Of a stretch of 64,000 bases of DNA, positions 37,414-49,013 are shown in pieces. The stretch is from Leptogorgia sarmentosa. Lineage: Eukaryota. The position numbers and the translations under genes are program-made. The DNA lies in NCBI GenBank assembly GCA_964658305.1, contig OZ210885.1:4526001-4590000 (forward strand), read 5' to 3'. Below the pieces are notes generated by a model that saw nothing but the letters and a program-made list of their open reading frames with translations, was not told where the DNA came from and ran no database searches. How positions within the stretch are numbered: the first letter of the stretch is position 1; every line of letters begins with the position of its first letter.

Positions 37414-39944
37414 CTTCAGTGAAAAGAAATGTTAAAATAACAAATTAAAATTAGGACGTTAGTTTATGAAACCTAATTATAGAACGTCTTAAGGTGGCTC
37501 CCTATGGTGTTTGCATCCTAACAAACCATTGCATTCAAATTCAAGAGATTGCTGTGGCTTTATTTTCCACGCCTACAAAGATGAAACTTATAGGAAACAT
37601 AGAGCATGCTCTCTTAATGATTTTAGTTGGCATTTTCATGTTTGCAAGACCTGTCGCCCTGTTGCCATGATGAATGTTGTAATAATACACACATTTCTTC
37701 TTTTCTCGGTCATTTCAGGATTTTTAGGTAAATTTTGCAGAAAAGACAATAGTTGTATAATGATAATTTTTCTTTATTCTTAGAAAATTTTATCAATTAC
37801 ATTTGTAGGAAAATTCAGAAAATGTCATGAATCATTATTCCCGACATTCATATAGTCCCGTGAGAAGTTGAATAAGTTTTAGGCAAATTGATAAATATTT
37901 GAGCAGATTTTTTGAATAAAGTTGTTCTTCAGATAATTTGTGCTTTGTATATTATTACCAATTAATCGCCTCAATAGGGCCGTAGCTAGAACGTTAATTT
38001 GAGTGTGTATATTCACAATTATCATATTCATCATTCATGTTCTTCCCGACGGATTTCTTTTAATTAATGCAGAAACAACTTATTTCAAAAGAAATCCGCC
38101 GGGCAGAACACGAATATGTCAGAGTTAAACCCCGAGAACCGAGGCGTTCAGCCAGATAAACTCACTTATTATATGATTGACAAGGTTTTCTCAAGAAAAA
38201 AGTTTGAAATACACTTTGCACATATGAGACCCTTTCAAATTCAGTTTAGCCATTAGGTAATGTATTATTTGACAACTCTGATTCTGCAGGTCTAAAGATT
38301 ATTTAATTTAAAGATATTTGCTTGAGTTATTTTGTCGCATGGGTAGAAGCCTTGTGTTTTTATGATTGAGTTAGGTGTGTACTTATAAATCCACGGGGTT
38401 GATCCAGATAAAGCCCGCTATTTCCGAGCTTTATCTGGATGAAGCCCGTGAATTTATAAACTGGTATTTATGCTAAATACAGGTCTATGAATAACAAAGA
38501 AAACCGCGTCAATCATATAATAAATGACTTTCTCAAACTCATTAATAATTCATGAGGAAATACACCAATTGAAAACACACATTTCGTCACGTGCATGAGT
38601 TGTGAAACCCCGGTAATAAACCAACAATTGATGCTTACACAGAAAAAAGAGTGCATTACAACATTTCTAAATTATGAAAACCGCCAGAACAATGAAAACT
38701 GTATTATTACCACAATTCTAAATTAACTATGCAAAAGTCAACACGGAGACGATTAACTAATAGCATAATTATGCCAATAATTTCAGCAAAACGTTTTGTT
38801 TTATAACACTGCGCAACCTAATTAGGGAATTCCACAATAATAGACTATTGTTTCGCCTGAGAAGTTATTTCATAAACTTGTGACTCGTGTTTTACCGGGG
38901 TTTCCAAACACTTGAGAATAATTGAATTAACTCGACTGTTCACCGCGCGATTTTCTTTATTGTTCTCTCGAGTATGTAAAACACTCAAGCAGGGCCGTTG
39001 CGAGTAATCTTCGATCTCAATCCCAGTGCATGAAATCCTGTTTTCCCAGCCGAAAATAAGCAAATCCCAGTTCCCATTTTACCCCTTTAGGACCTTCGCT
39101 ATAGGTGTATCCTATATATCATCCAATCATTCCATCAATAGGGTGACATTTCTCCTCGCCCCTTTTCCTGCCTCAACATATCTGCTGTTTACCTGCCGCG
39201 ACATATCTGCTGTTTTATAGTCACTCCTGCATCTCTTTTGGCTTTGCAACAGCTCTTTGGAAAGTCATCGCATTGATCTGCTTAATTGCTGTGGTCAGGC
39301 GCATGACACAACTGCATGCATCAGTTCAGATTTGCCACAAAGGCAGAAAGATCGTTTTCCTACGATGACCACTAAACGACTCTCAGACTTGCAATACATG
39401 GCTACGCACGTCCAATCACCGACCAGCAAATTCTTGACCGGACCTATAGTAGCTAGTACGCTTACATTACCTTTCTTGTTAATAGATTCTTCTTAATAAA
39501 CTTGAAGAAGCATATTGGTATGTAATTAACTATAAGCTAAAGTAAATTTTTTTTCTATCTCATGATACAATGAATGTTGTCTCTTGTGTGTAAAATGTTT
39601 AGAAATTATAATGGAGCACTGCAGCTAAGTTTATTGATGATCAAGAGGGTTCGTTTACCAAGTGTTCAAGATTTTAAAATTTAAACAGTCTAGAATTCCG
39701 CCTTCCTTTCCAAAATCCATGAGTTGCCCCTGCACTGAATACTAGAGTTGAACGAAATATATTAATCTCTATCCAAATACCAAAACTTGTTCATCAATCA
39801 TCATCTTGCTGTACGTCCGCCTCAAGTAGTTAATGACCGTTATGTAAACTCAATATTGTGTTTATCATTCTCCACCTTCTTGACAGACGCTCAGTTGTGT
39901 ATTAAAAACATTGAAAGATTCTCTTCCGTAAATTGTATACAACC

Positions 39945-40877
39945 ATGGCAAATAACTCGTCGTACTTATCCGTAGTACAAAGCGAAATTCTTATTTCATC
40001 CATCGTTTTTAAATTCTTCGCAATGGTTATTGGAATTTTGGGAAATATCACAGTTATAATTTACACAATTTTCACGAGCAAAGAAAAGACAGCGACATCT
40101 TACTTGGTTGGAAACCTGGCACTGGCAGATCTTCTCGTGTGTTTAACATTTTATCCAATATGGACGATTGAAATTATACGGACTATATTAAACATTGATA
40201 GTGATCAGAACTTATTTTGTAAGTTAAGTCGTTCAACCTTCTGGACATTACTGTTCGCTTCAGTAGCCACACTTCTCGCAATTACTGTTGATCGATGTTT
40301 CTATATTGTCAAACCTCTCAAATATCCGTTGATTGTGACCAAACGGCGAGTTTTTGTAGCTATATCAGGTATTTGGTTAACTGCCTGTTGTCCTTTTGTT
40401 GTTTCATTTATGTATTTCCGGGAAGCTGAAAAACGATTCAGAGGTTTGTGCGACATAAACGGTCCCATTTCTTATTTCAAAAAATCGTTTGCTGTTTATT
40501 TTCCTGTGACTTTAATAGTAATTCTTAATGTTTGGATTTTAATCGTTGCGGAGAAACAACGAAAACGTATCTTGGCTGAAACAGCAACCAACAGAAGGGA
40601 TGCAAATCGATTTTTTCACGCTCTTAAAGCAGTCAAAACATTTTCTATTGTTGTTGCAGTTTTAACTTGCTGTGTTTTAATACCGACAGTAGTTGGACTG
40701 GTACTGTATAAAATATCCTCATGTAGTACTTCATGCAAGCAGTTGTGGTTTGTAGTGTTTAATTATGAATTTTATGGAATAAACTCAATTGTCAATGCTT
40801 TCATCTATGGAATGAGACATATCAAATACAGAAAGGCCTTTGGACATATTCTTTCAGAAGTACTTTGTTGTATTTAA
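39945..40877 (+). CDS. Class A GPCR, copy 4 (mosaic of the copy-2 and copy-3/5 types)
   Basis: Termini and ICL3 match copy 2; TM3-ECL2-TM5 matches copies 3/5. Confidence 0.93.
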   Translation: MANNSSYLSVVQSEILISSIVFKFFAMVIGILGNITVIIYTIFTSKEKTATSYLVGNLALADLLVCLTFYPIWTIEIIRTILNIDSDQNLFCKLSRSTFWTLLFASVATLLAITVDRCFYIVKPLKYPLIVTKRRVFVAISGIWLTACCPFVVSFMYFREAEKRFRGLCDINGPISYFKKSFAVYFPVTLIVILNVWILIVAEKQRKRILAETATNRRDANRFFHALKAVKTFSIVVAVLTCCVLIPTVVGLVLYKISSCSTSCKQLWFVVFNYEFYGINSIVNAFIYGMRHIKYRKAFGHILSEVLCCI

Positions 40878-43800
40878 GATTAGATCCGTTTTCCAGATAC
40901 TATAGGCACTAATTTTCCAGATGCTATAAGAATCAGCGAAGTAGAGCATTACAAAGAAATGTAGGTATTGTATATGTTCTTCAGTAATGGGGAACTTAAA
41001 TTACTCAAGATCTAGAACGCGACCAGTTCGAGGACGCGCTTCCGAACAAAGAAACAATCGCATCGATTAGCTGAACCTAGCCGTCTGTAACTGTATCTTT
41101 AAACGAAATTCCAATATTTATTAAACCATGAAAAGGTTAGCGCTCATTTTGAAGCTGAAATTTAGACCACGTCATCTAACTGGTCCCGTTACAAATCATG
41201 AGTTCTTTAATAGTGGACAAAGACGCTTCTAAGCAATATTTGAAACTTAGGCTTAAAGATTTAATCTTCACAAACGGACTGTAGGGAATTGATGTAACAT
41301 TTAAAGCAAGATGTATGAGTTGTCTTATATATTGGTTACTGGAGTTCTTAGTTGTTGACTTGTTGTATGTCATTATATTGTTGGTATTTGTAGTTATCCG
41401 TTTAGGAATATTTCCTTAAAAAATTTAAATTATGAAATACTATTATGTTTGTATTAATATTTTGGTATATGGTTCTTATTTTGTTCTTAAAATACTGATT
41501 TATATAAAGTATTGCCGAAAGCATTAGTTCCATGTCAGTCCATATTTCAATTATAATTTTTATAAAGAGAGGTAATTCTGCTTATTTACCAATGTAAAAA
41601 AAAATTGCCCTTTATAAAGATGTTGCCCCCACCTGCCCTGGATTGCTTCCGGCGCCTCTGAGTAGAATAAATAAATTATTCGTGAAAAACACTGGTTGAA
41701 GCTGTTGATTCCAGCATGTCTGGTTTGAAGATATTACAATGGAATATCCCGGCAAAGGCCAGCATTTGCTAATGACCGTGCGGCGTGAATAATTTGAACT
41801 ATTGTTTGATGTTTTAAAATTTAATGTTTATCGTACAAAACGTGACGTCTTAGGGGCAAGCTGATTTGTTGCCAAGGTGAAACTTCTTGAACAAACGAGA
41901 GAGCGAGGTTAGTTGTTTTTATTCGAATATTATGTACCAACGAAACCGTAGATGGAATCAACAGTGGAATCAACAATGTTTTTGAATGACGATCGTCATA
42001 GTCAAGTTTTAAAAGCGCACATATATTATCATATTTAAATAGTCGCACGCAAATAAACTCTCTCTCTTATTTGCTCAAGAAGTTTCACCTTGACAACAAA
42101 TGAGTTTGCCCATAGTAACGTAAAGTTTTGCTAATAAACATTACTCTAAAACATGAAACAATTGTTGAAACTATGCATGTTGCACGGTCATTTACAAATG
42201 GCGGTATTCTCTGTATTTTTGTTTGAGGAATTAGTGTGGAAAGTCGCAAAGACCTTTCCTCCAAACGTCTAATCTTACTGTATCGTTTAGGTAGTGAGTA
42301 AAACTTTTTGCTGCTTTCGTATCGTGGTAATTTTTAGTGCTCAATGTCAACGTTTTCCCTTTAGTGATTGAACAGTTGGTGAGAATTTAATACAACAACA
42401 AACTGATGGGAAGGAGCAAGGGCGAAAGTAGAGCCTTAATTGGGTGGGGGGTTGGGGGTTGGTTGGTTGTATATTCATATATTCCTGTTCTGCCTGACGG
42501 ATTTCTTAGAATTCCGTTAGTTTGTAGGGTTTCAAAATTTTTTAGTCACCGCCGCCAGTCTGTGTTGCATTCAACGTTTCCGCCTTGAATTTTAAAATTG
42601 ACTTGAAGTATCTAGATGAAATGAATAGACCTTAGAAGTGCTTACGTCATACGGTTTTTCCACGCATATAGTTAAAGTGTTAAACAGGAAATACAGTTAA
42701 AATTATGCCCACATGTTTCCCACACTGCATTGCGATTCATTGTTTTGACACTGAGGTGACGTAAACACTTCAAAGTCGATTACAACACGTTCTTGTCGTC
42801 CTGAGGTATCGACCATGAACAAATTGCTTTGGGTGTGCGCATCATAGTTACTGCTCACGTACAGTATCAAAGGACTCAGTCCACTTGCAACACGAAGAAC
42901 CCAATTGCTAGATATAATCGCGACAACATTGCCTTTTGTTTGATTCAAAGTTTTCTCTACCAGGCCAAATACACGATCATTATAGTATTTCAACAACAAA
43001 GCAATTTTCATGTTTGACAGTGTTTGTTAGTAGAAGCTCAAAACTCAAGAACAGGCAGGTGTCCGATCTTTTAGAGCGAAAACTTAAATTTAAAACTTAA
43101 AACTTCATATTAGGAGGTTTCTTAAAATAAAAATTTTAATAATGAGACATGTAATGTATTTGTTCTGAATTTCTGCGAGGAAAATGTTTCCGCGGGCAAA
43201 AGGGACCGAATAAACCAACATTGCGTGGGCTGAAACGCATGGCAAGGACAATCCATTTTTTTTTGTTTTAAATTCTGTTCAAATGTCTTTTCTGTAGGGG
43301 GTCTTACCTAGCAACCTTCACGTCTGCTGGACAATGCCTAATGAATTTTTTTTCGAACACCTTGTTTGTCTGAAAAACAATCAGAATTTAGGAGACTTAT
43401 TTTACTATATGTCTAACAGGAAAATAAAGTTAGAATCGTGAACGTGATGAACCTGTGTTCGAGAGCTGAGCACTTAAAATAAAAATATGTACAAGGAAAT
43501 TTTCAAGTAATGTTATAATCAAAAGCAGAATGAAGTCAACCGTAACTTGCTTGTTATTTTGTTAAATATTTAATTCATACACAAAGAAATCTCACTATAA
43601 AAATCGGGAAACCCTTGTCCGTCCCAGCTTATTCGCGTTATTTCATATTAAGAAGTTTTTGTTTTTCATACATATCGTGTTTATAGTTGTTTGGAGGTGC
43701 TTCTGAACGAGCACCGCACTTGTCATGTACATAAAGTGCTGTAAGTGTGTTTCAAAACCATTGCTGATAGTTTTTGTCATTTTTATGAATAAAAGTATTT

Positions 43801-44195
43801 TTTAAAGTGCACTCCGAATGAACTCCACCCCCAAGGAAGCGTCGCATCTGTCACGCTGAAACTTTAACGAGCGCCATACGGTGCTAAAACGAGTAAATAT
43901 GGCAGTTAATAAAAAAATTTAATAACTTTTAGTTTCATGTACAAATAATCTCTTTAACATTGTGATATTGGTCACTACATAGTAGCTAGTTTCCAACGAG
44001 ATGTTAGCTATATGCCAATCCTTTACTGAACAATAAGAATCATCCATCACTTTGGCACATAATTAATGAACGTTATGTACACTCATTATACAACCCATTT
44101 ATTCTCTATTTGTCCTTCTAGCCTTTCTTATAACAGATGTCTTGTTGTGTGTTAGGCTTAAATTTCTATTAGGCTTAAATTTCTCTTTCAAACAT

Positions 44196-45182
44196 ATGAC
44201 AAATATGACAAATAACTCGTTGCAATACTCTGCAGTACAAAGTGAAATTCTTATTTCGTCAATCGTGTTCAAATTTTTCGCAATGACTATTGGAGTTTTG
44301 GGAAATATCACAGTTATAATTTATACAATTTTCACGAGCAAAGAAAAGACAGCGACATCTTACTTGGTTGGAAACCTGGCACTGGCAGATCTTCTCGTGT
44401 GCTTAACATTTTGTCCAATATGGACAATTGAATTTATACAGACTATATTAAACATTGATAGTGATCAGGACTTATTTTGTAAGTTAAGTCGTTCAACCTT
44501 CTGGACATTACTGTTCGCTTCAGTAGCCACACTTCTCGCAATTACTGTTGATCGATGTTTCTATATTGTCAAACCTCTCAAATATCCGTTGATTGTGACC
44601 AAACGACGAGTTTTTGTAGCTATATCAGGTATTTGGTTAACTGCCTGTTGTCCTTTTGTTGTTTCATTTATTTATTTCCGGGAAGCTGAAAAACGATTCA
44701 GAGGTTTGTGCGACATAAATGGTCCCATTTCGTATTTCAAGAAATCGTTTGCTGTTTATTTTCTTGTTACTATAATAGTAATTCTCAATGTTTGGATTTT
44801 AATCGTTGCGCAGAAACAACGAAAACGTATCTTGGCTGAAACCGCTGTGACATTTACCACCTGCGAAGGAGAAGAAGAAAACAAAACGAGCGCTATCATT
44901 CGATTTTTTCACGCTCTTAAGGCAGTTAAAACATTTTCTATTGTTGTTGCAGTGTTGACTTTCTGTGTTTTAACACCAACAGTTGTTGCGAAGGTGCTAT
45001 ATGAAATATCTTCATGTAGTGCTTCATGCCAGCAGTTGTGGTTCGTAGTTTTTCAATACGAATTCTTTGGAATAAATTCAATTGTGAATTCCTTCATCTA
45101 TGGATTGAGACATATCAAATACAGAAAGAATTATAAATATATTCTTTTTAAAGTACGTCCCTGTAACCAATGTAGCAACTAA
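44196..45182 (+). CDS. Class A GPCR, copy 5
   Basis: Near-identical to copy 3. Confidence 0.93.
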   Translation: MTNMTNNSLQYSAVQSEILISSIVFKFFAMTIGVLGNITVIIYTIFTSKEKTATSYLVGNLALADLLVCLTFCPIWTIEFIQTILNIDSDQDLFCKLSRSTFWTLLFASVATLLAITVDRCFYIVKPLKYPLIVTKRRVFVAISGIWLTACCPFVVSFIYFREAEKRFRGLCDINGPISYFKKSFAVYFLVTIIVILNVWILIVAQKQRKRILAETAVTFTTCEGEEENKTSAIIRFFHALKAVKTFSIVVAVLTFCVLTPTVVAKVLYEISSCSASCQQLWFVVFQYEFFGINSIVNSFIYGLRHIKYRKNYKYILFKVRPCNQCSN

Positions 45183-45738
45183 CTTCAGTGAAAAGAAATG
45201 TTAAAATAACAAATTAAAATTAGGACGTTAGTTTATGAAACCTAATTATAGAACGTCTTAAGGTGGCTCCCTATGGTGTTTGCATCCTAACAAACCATTA
45301 CATTCAAATTCAAGAGATTGCTGTGGCTTTATTTTCCACGCCTACAAAGATGAAACTTATAGGAAACATAGAACATGCTCTCTTAATGATTTTAGTTGGC
45401 ATTTTCATGTTTGCAAGACCTGTCGCCCTGTTGCCATGGCAACAGCATTCTTGTAATAATACACACATTTCTTCTTTTCTCGGTCATTTCAGGATTTTTA
45501 GGTAAATTTTGCAGAAAAGACAATAGTTGTATAATGATAATTTTTCTTTATTCTTAGAAAATTTTATCAATTACATTTGTAGGAAAATTCAGAAAATGTC
45601 ATGAATCATTATTCCCGACATTCATATAGTCCCGTGAGAAGTTGAATAAGTTTTAGGCAAATTGATAAATATTTGAGCAGATTTTTTGAATAAAGTTGTT
45701 CTTCAGATAATTTGTGCTTTGTATATTATTACCAATTA

Positions 45739-46248
45739 TAATATAAGTAGGGTAAAATCTGCAACGTGATTGGCTAATGAGCGTGCATTATAACAGCGTA
45801 ATGCACGCATCTAGCTATTAAATTTCTGCCGCGACTCTTTGGTTTGACAAAAAGACAATAAAAATACATATATACTAAAAATACATCCATAAAAAACGCT
45901 TGAATTGTTTGCTTTCGCTCAGCTAAAGGAATAAAGCTGTGTTGCTGCTTGGCAACATTTGAGAACACGCTTGATTACATGTAAAGAGAATTGTAATTTT
46001 GATCTTCCTATAACGAAGTTTTTTGTTGCGCTAATGTTCTCTTATATTATAAAAGAAATAGAAAAACTCGTCGCGTGCCATTATGCTGTTATAATTGCAC
46101 TCGGGCAATGTTGTGGGAATACTCGAGAATCGCGTAAAACACTCGGCTACGCCTCGTGTTTTACGCGATTCTCTCGTATTCTCCCAACATTGCCCTCGTG
46201 CATTATAACAGCATAATGGCACGCGACTCGTTATCTATTTCTTAATTA
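45739..46248. mobile_element. 510-bp non-autonomous hairpin-ended element (Crypton-like architecture), absent from duplicate A
   Basis: The empty site in unit A is accaATTAATcgcc (~37957-37970). The filled site has AATTA on both sides, no TIR, and a ~190 bp terminal hairpin at 46052-46243. Confidence 0.75.
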
Positions 46249-46402
46249 ATCGCCTCAATAGGGCCGTAGCTAGAACGTTAATTTGAGTGTGTATATTCAC
46301 AATTATCATATTCATCATTCATGTTCTTCCCGACGGATTTCTTTTAATTAATGCAGAAACAACTTATTTCAAAAGAAATCCGCCGGGCAGAACACGAATA
46401 TG

Positions 46403-47429
46403 TCAGAGTTAAACCCCGAGAACCGAGGCGTTCAGCCAGATAAACTCACTTATTATATGATTGACAAGGTTTTCTCAAGAAAAAAGTTTGAAATACACTT
46501 TGCACATATGAGACCCTTTCAAATTCAGTTTAGCCATTAGGTAATGTATTATTTGACAACTCTGATTCTGCAGGTCTAAAGATTATTTAATTTAAAGATA
46601 TTTGCTTGAGTTATTTTGTCGCATGGGTAGAGACCTTGTGTTTTTATGATTGAGTTAGGTGTGTTCTTATAAATCCACGGGGTTGATCCAGATAAAGCCC
46701 GCTATTTCCGAGCTTTATCTGGATGAAGCCCGTGAATTTATAAACTGGTATTTATGCTAAATACAGGTCTATGAATAACAAAGAAAACCGCGTCAATCAT
46801 ATAATAAATGACTTTCTCAAACTCATTAATAATTCATGAGGAAATACACCAATTGAAAACACACATTTCGTCACGTGCATGAGTTGTGAAACCCCGGTAA
46901 TAAACCAACAATTGATGCTTACACTGAAAAAAGAGTGCATTACAACATTTCTAAATTATGAAAACCGCCAGAACAATGAAATCTGTATTATTACCACAAT
47001 TCTAAATTAACTATGCAAAAGTCAACACGGAGACGATTAACTAATAGCATAATTATGCCAATAATTTCAGCAAAACGTTTTGTTTTATAACACTGCGCAA
47101 CCTAATTAGGGAATTCCACAATAATAGACTATTGTTTCGCCTGAGAAGTTATTTCATAAACTTGTGACTCGTGTTTTACCGGGGTTTCCAAACACTTGAG
47201 AATAATTGAATTAACTCGACTGTTCACCGCGCGATTTTCTTTATTGTTCTCTCGAGTATGTAAAATACTCGGCCGTACCGACCTCGTGCTTTCATTGCCT
47301 TTCGTGTTTTACAAGCTCTCGAGAACAATAAAATCGCTTGGTGAACAGTCTCGTTAATTCAATTATTCTCGCGTGTTTGGAACCCCCCGGTAAAACACTC
47401 GCACTCGTTTATGAAATATTACATAACTC
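46403..47429. mobile_element. ~1 kb element ending in a ~280 bp hairpin, inserted in a small hAT-type MITE; truncated copy at ~38121-38986
   Basis: Hairpin ~47148-47428 with repeated TC/TC (GA/GA on minus) mismatches. Host MITE halves at ~46260-46402 and ~47430-47460. Confidence 0.6.
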
Positions 47430-49013
47430 TCCCCCAATTAACGCTCTAGCTGGCCACTCAGGCTCGGTGATTGATTGCAAGCTCATATTCACTTCGCAGC
47501 TTATTGGCACTTTCATACACTGCGTTGTTTACATCATGGCGTGAACATCAACTTCGCAAGCGAAAAAACAAGTTTTTGTAAATTGTATACACGTTAGAAG
47601 TTAAAAACGTTACCTTGAAGGTTCTGAAGCCGCGTTTACACCGCAGTGATTTTTTGCTTGTACCTGGCCTGGACCACACCTGACGAAAATGTGACCGTTT
47701 ACATACACTACATGTCCACTGGCCTGCTCAAGTCTCGCAGCACGAATAAGGATTTTCTTCAAATTTTACGTATTTTTATAACAAGGCTTTCCTGGGTTGG
47801 GTCGATGGTAAAATCTATTCACACGACAAGAATCTAGGTCTAGGGCAGGTCCAGGTCAGGGCTAGGGCAACTCTTTTGAATGGTCTAGAATTTGTGTTCT
47901 GGGCCAGGTCTGAGCGAGAAAACCCGTTCACACAAAGGCCCAGGCTAGGTACAGGTATAATATTACGTCACACGTTAAATGGTTTTCAAAATTTAAGAAA
48001 ACTAGTATGGTCCGGGTAAGGGGGAGGGGGGGGGGGGGGACGGGGACATGTCCATATATTAGTGCTTACAGACCGCGAAAAGAATCGATTTCAAAAGAAA
48101 TTACTTGAAATATGCAAAACACGAATATCAATATTTATGAAGCTAGCTACGCCATTGACATATTGGTTACAATAATTTTGGTTAATTGAATAATGCTGGT
48201 GATTCCGTTCGAATTAAGACCTGGTCTAGGTTTGGGATTAGGGTTGGGGTTAAGTTTAAGATTAGCGTCAGAACTGGGATTAACGTTAAGATTTTTTTTA
48301 GAATTATAAAATGAAAAAAACGTCTGAAAATAGAAACAACCCCTAAAACAGGTATATAAATATAAGGCTCAGCATGCTTAGGCCTTAATAAGAAATCTCA
48401 AACGGTAATCTTTCATACGACGTTTCATACGTCAAAATTTAGTCGCGTCGAATGCAACTTAAACAACGGGTAATGAAGAAACTCAACCAATTATTTACTG
48501 TTACGTTGTGACCAAATGTTTCGATGTATGAAACAGCTATGCTTATATTAAATTGTTATATACTTAGTACAGTGTGTATAAAAAGGCTAAATTCAAACTA
48601 GTCATATTTACTGTCATATATGGAACGTACTGTCAATTAATTGAATCCCAATGTATAATTTTCTTGAACACTTCGCAATTTATGTAAGAAGTATATACAT
48701 AGAGATCCAGCTGGATTTTAGCACTGAATGTAGCTAATTGCTTCTGAAGTGCGATATGTTTGTAAAATATGGTAACTGAAAATTAATAATGTTTCTGGTT
48801 TGCTGTGGTCGTAAATAATATAAACCAGAGTTTCAAATCGGAAAAATTAAAGAGGGAAACCTGGACAATGTTTATATAATTATGCGGATCAGCTATTGTT
48901 TATATACGCAATATATATTTACGCAATTTTATATATATAAAAAATAGGAAGTCGTCATGCAATTATATTTGTATACTGAATAGTAAGAGAACACGAATAC
49001 TTTTTGGTACGAT

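Larger units (their letters stand above)
30581..38986 (+). repeat. Tandem segmental duplication, unit A (two GPCRs)
   Basis: Collinear and near-identical to 39014-47270 across both genes and intergenic DNA. Confidence 0.9.
39014..47270 (+). repeat. Tandem segmental duplication, unit B. Lacks the ~30708-31623 equivalent and has extra inserts at ~41420-41660 and 45739-46248
   Basis: Direct comparison with unit A. Confidence 0.9.

Noticed and set aside
48225..48295. Interstitial telomeric repeat
   Set aside because: Only one or two TTAGGG-like units in a degenerate tract.
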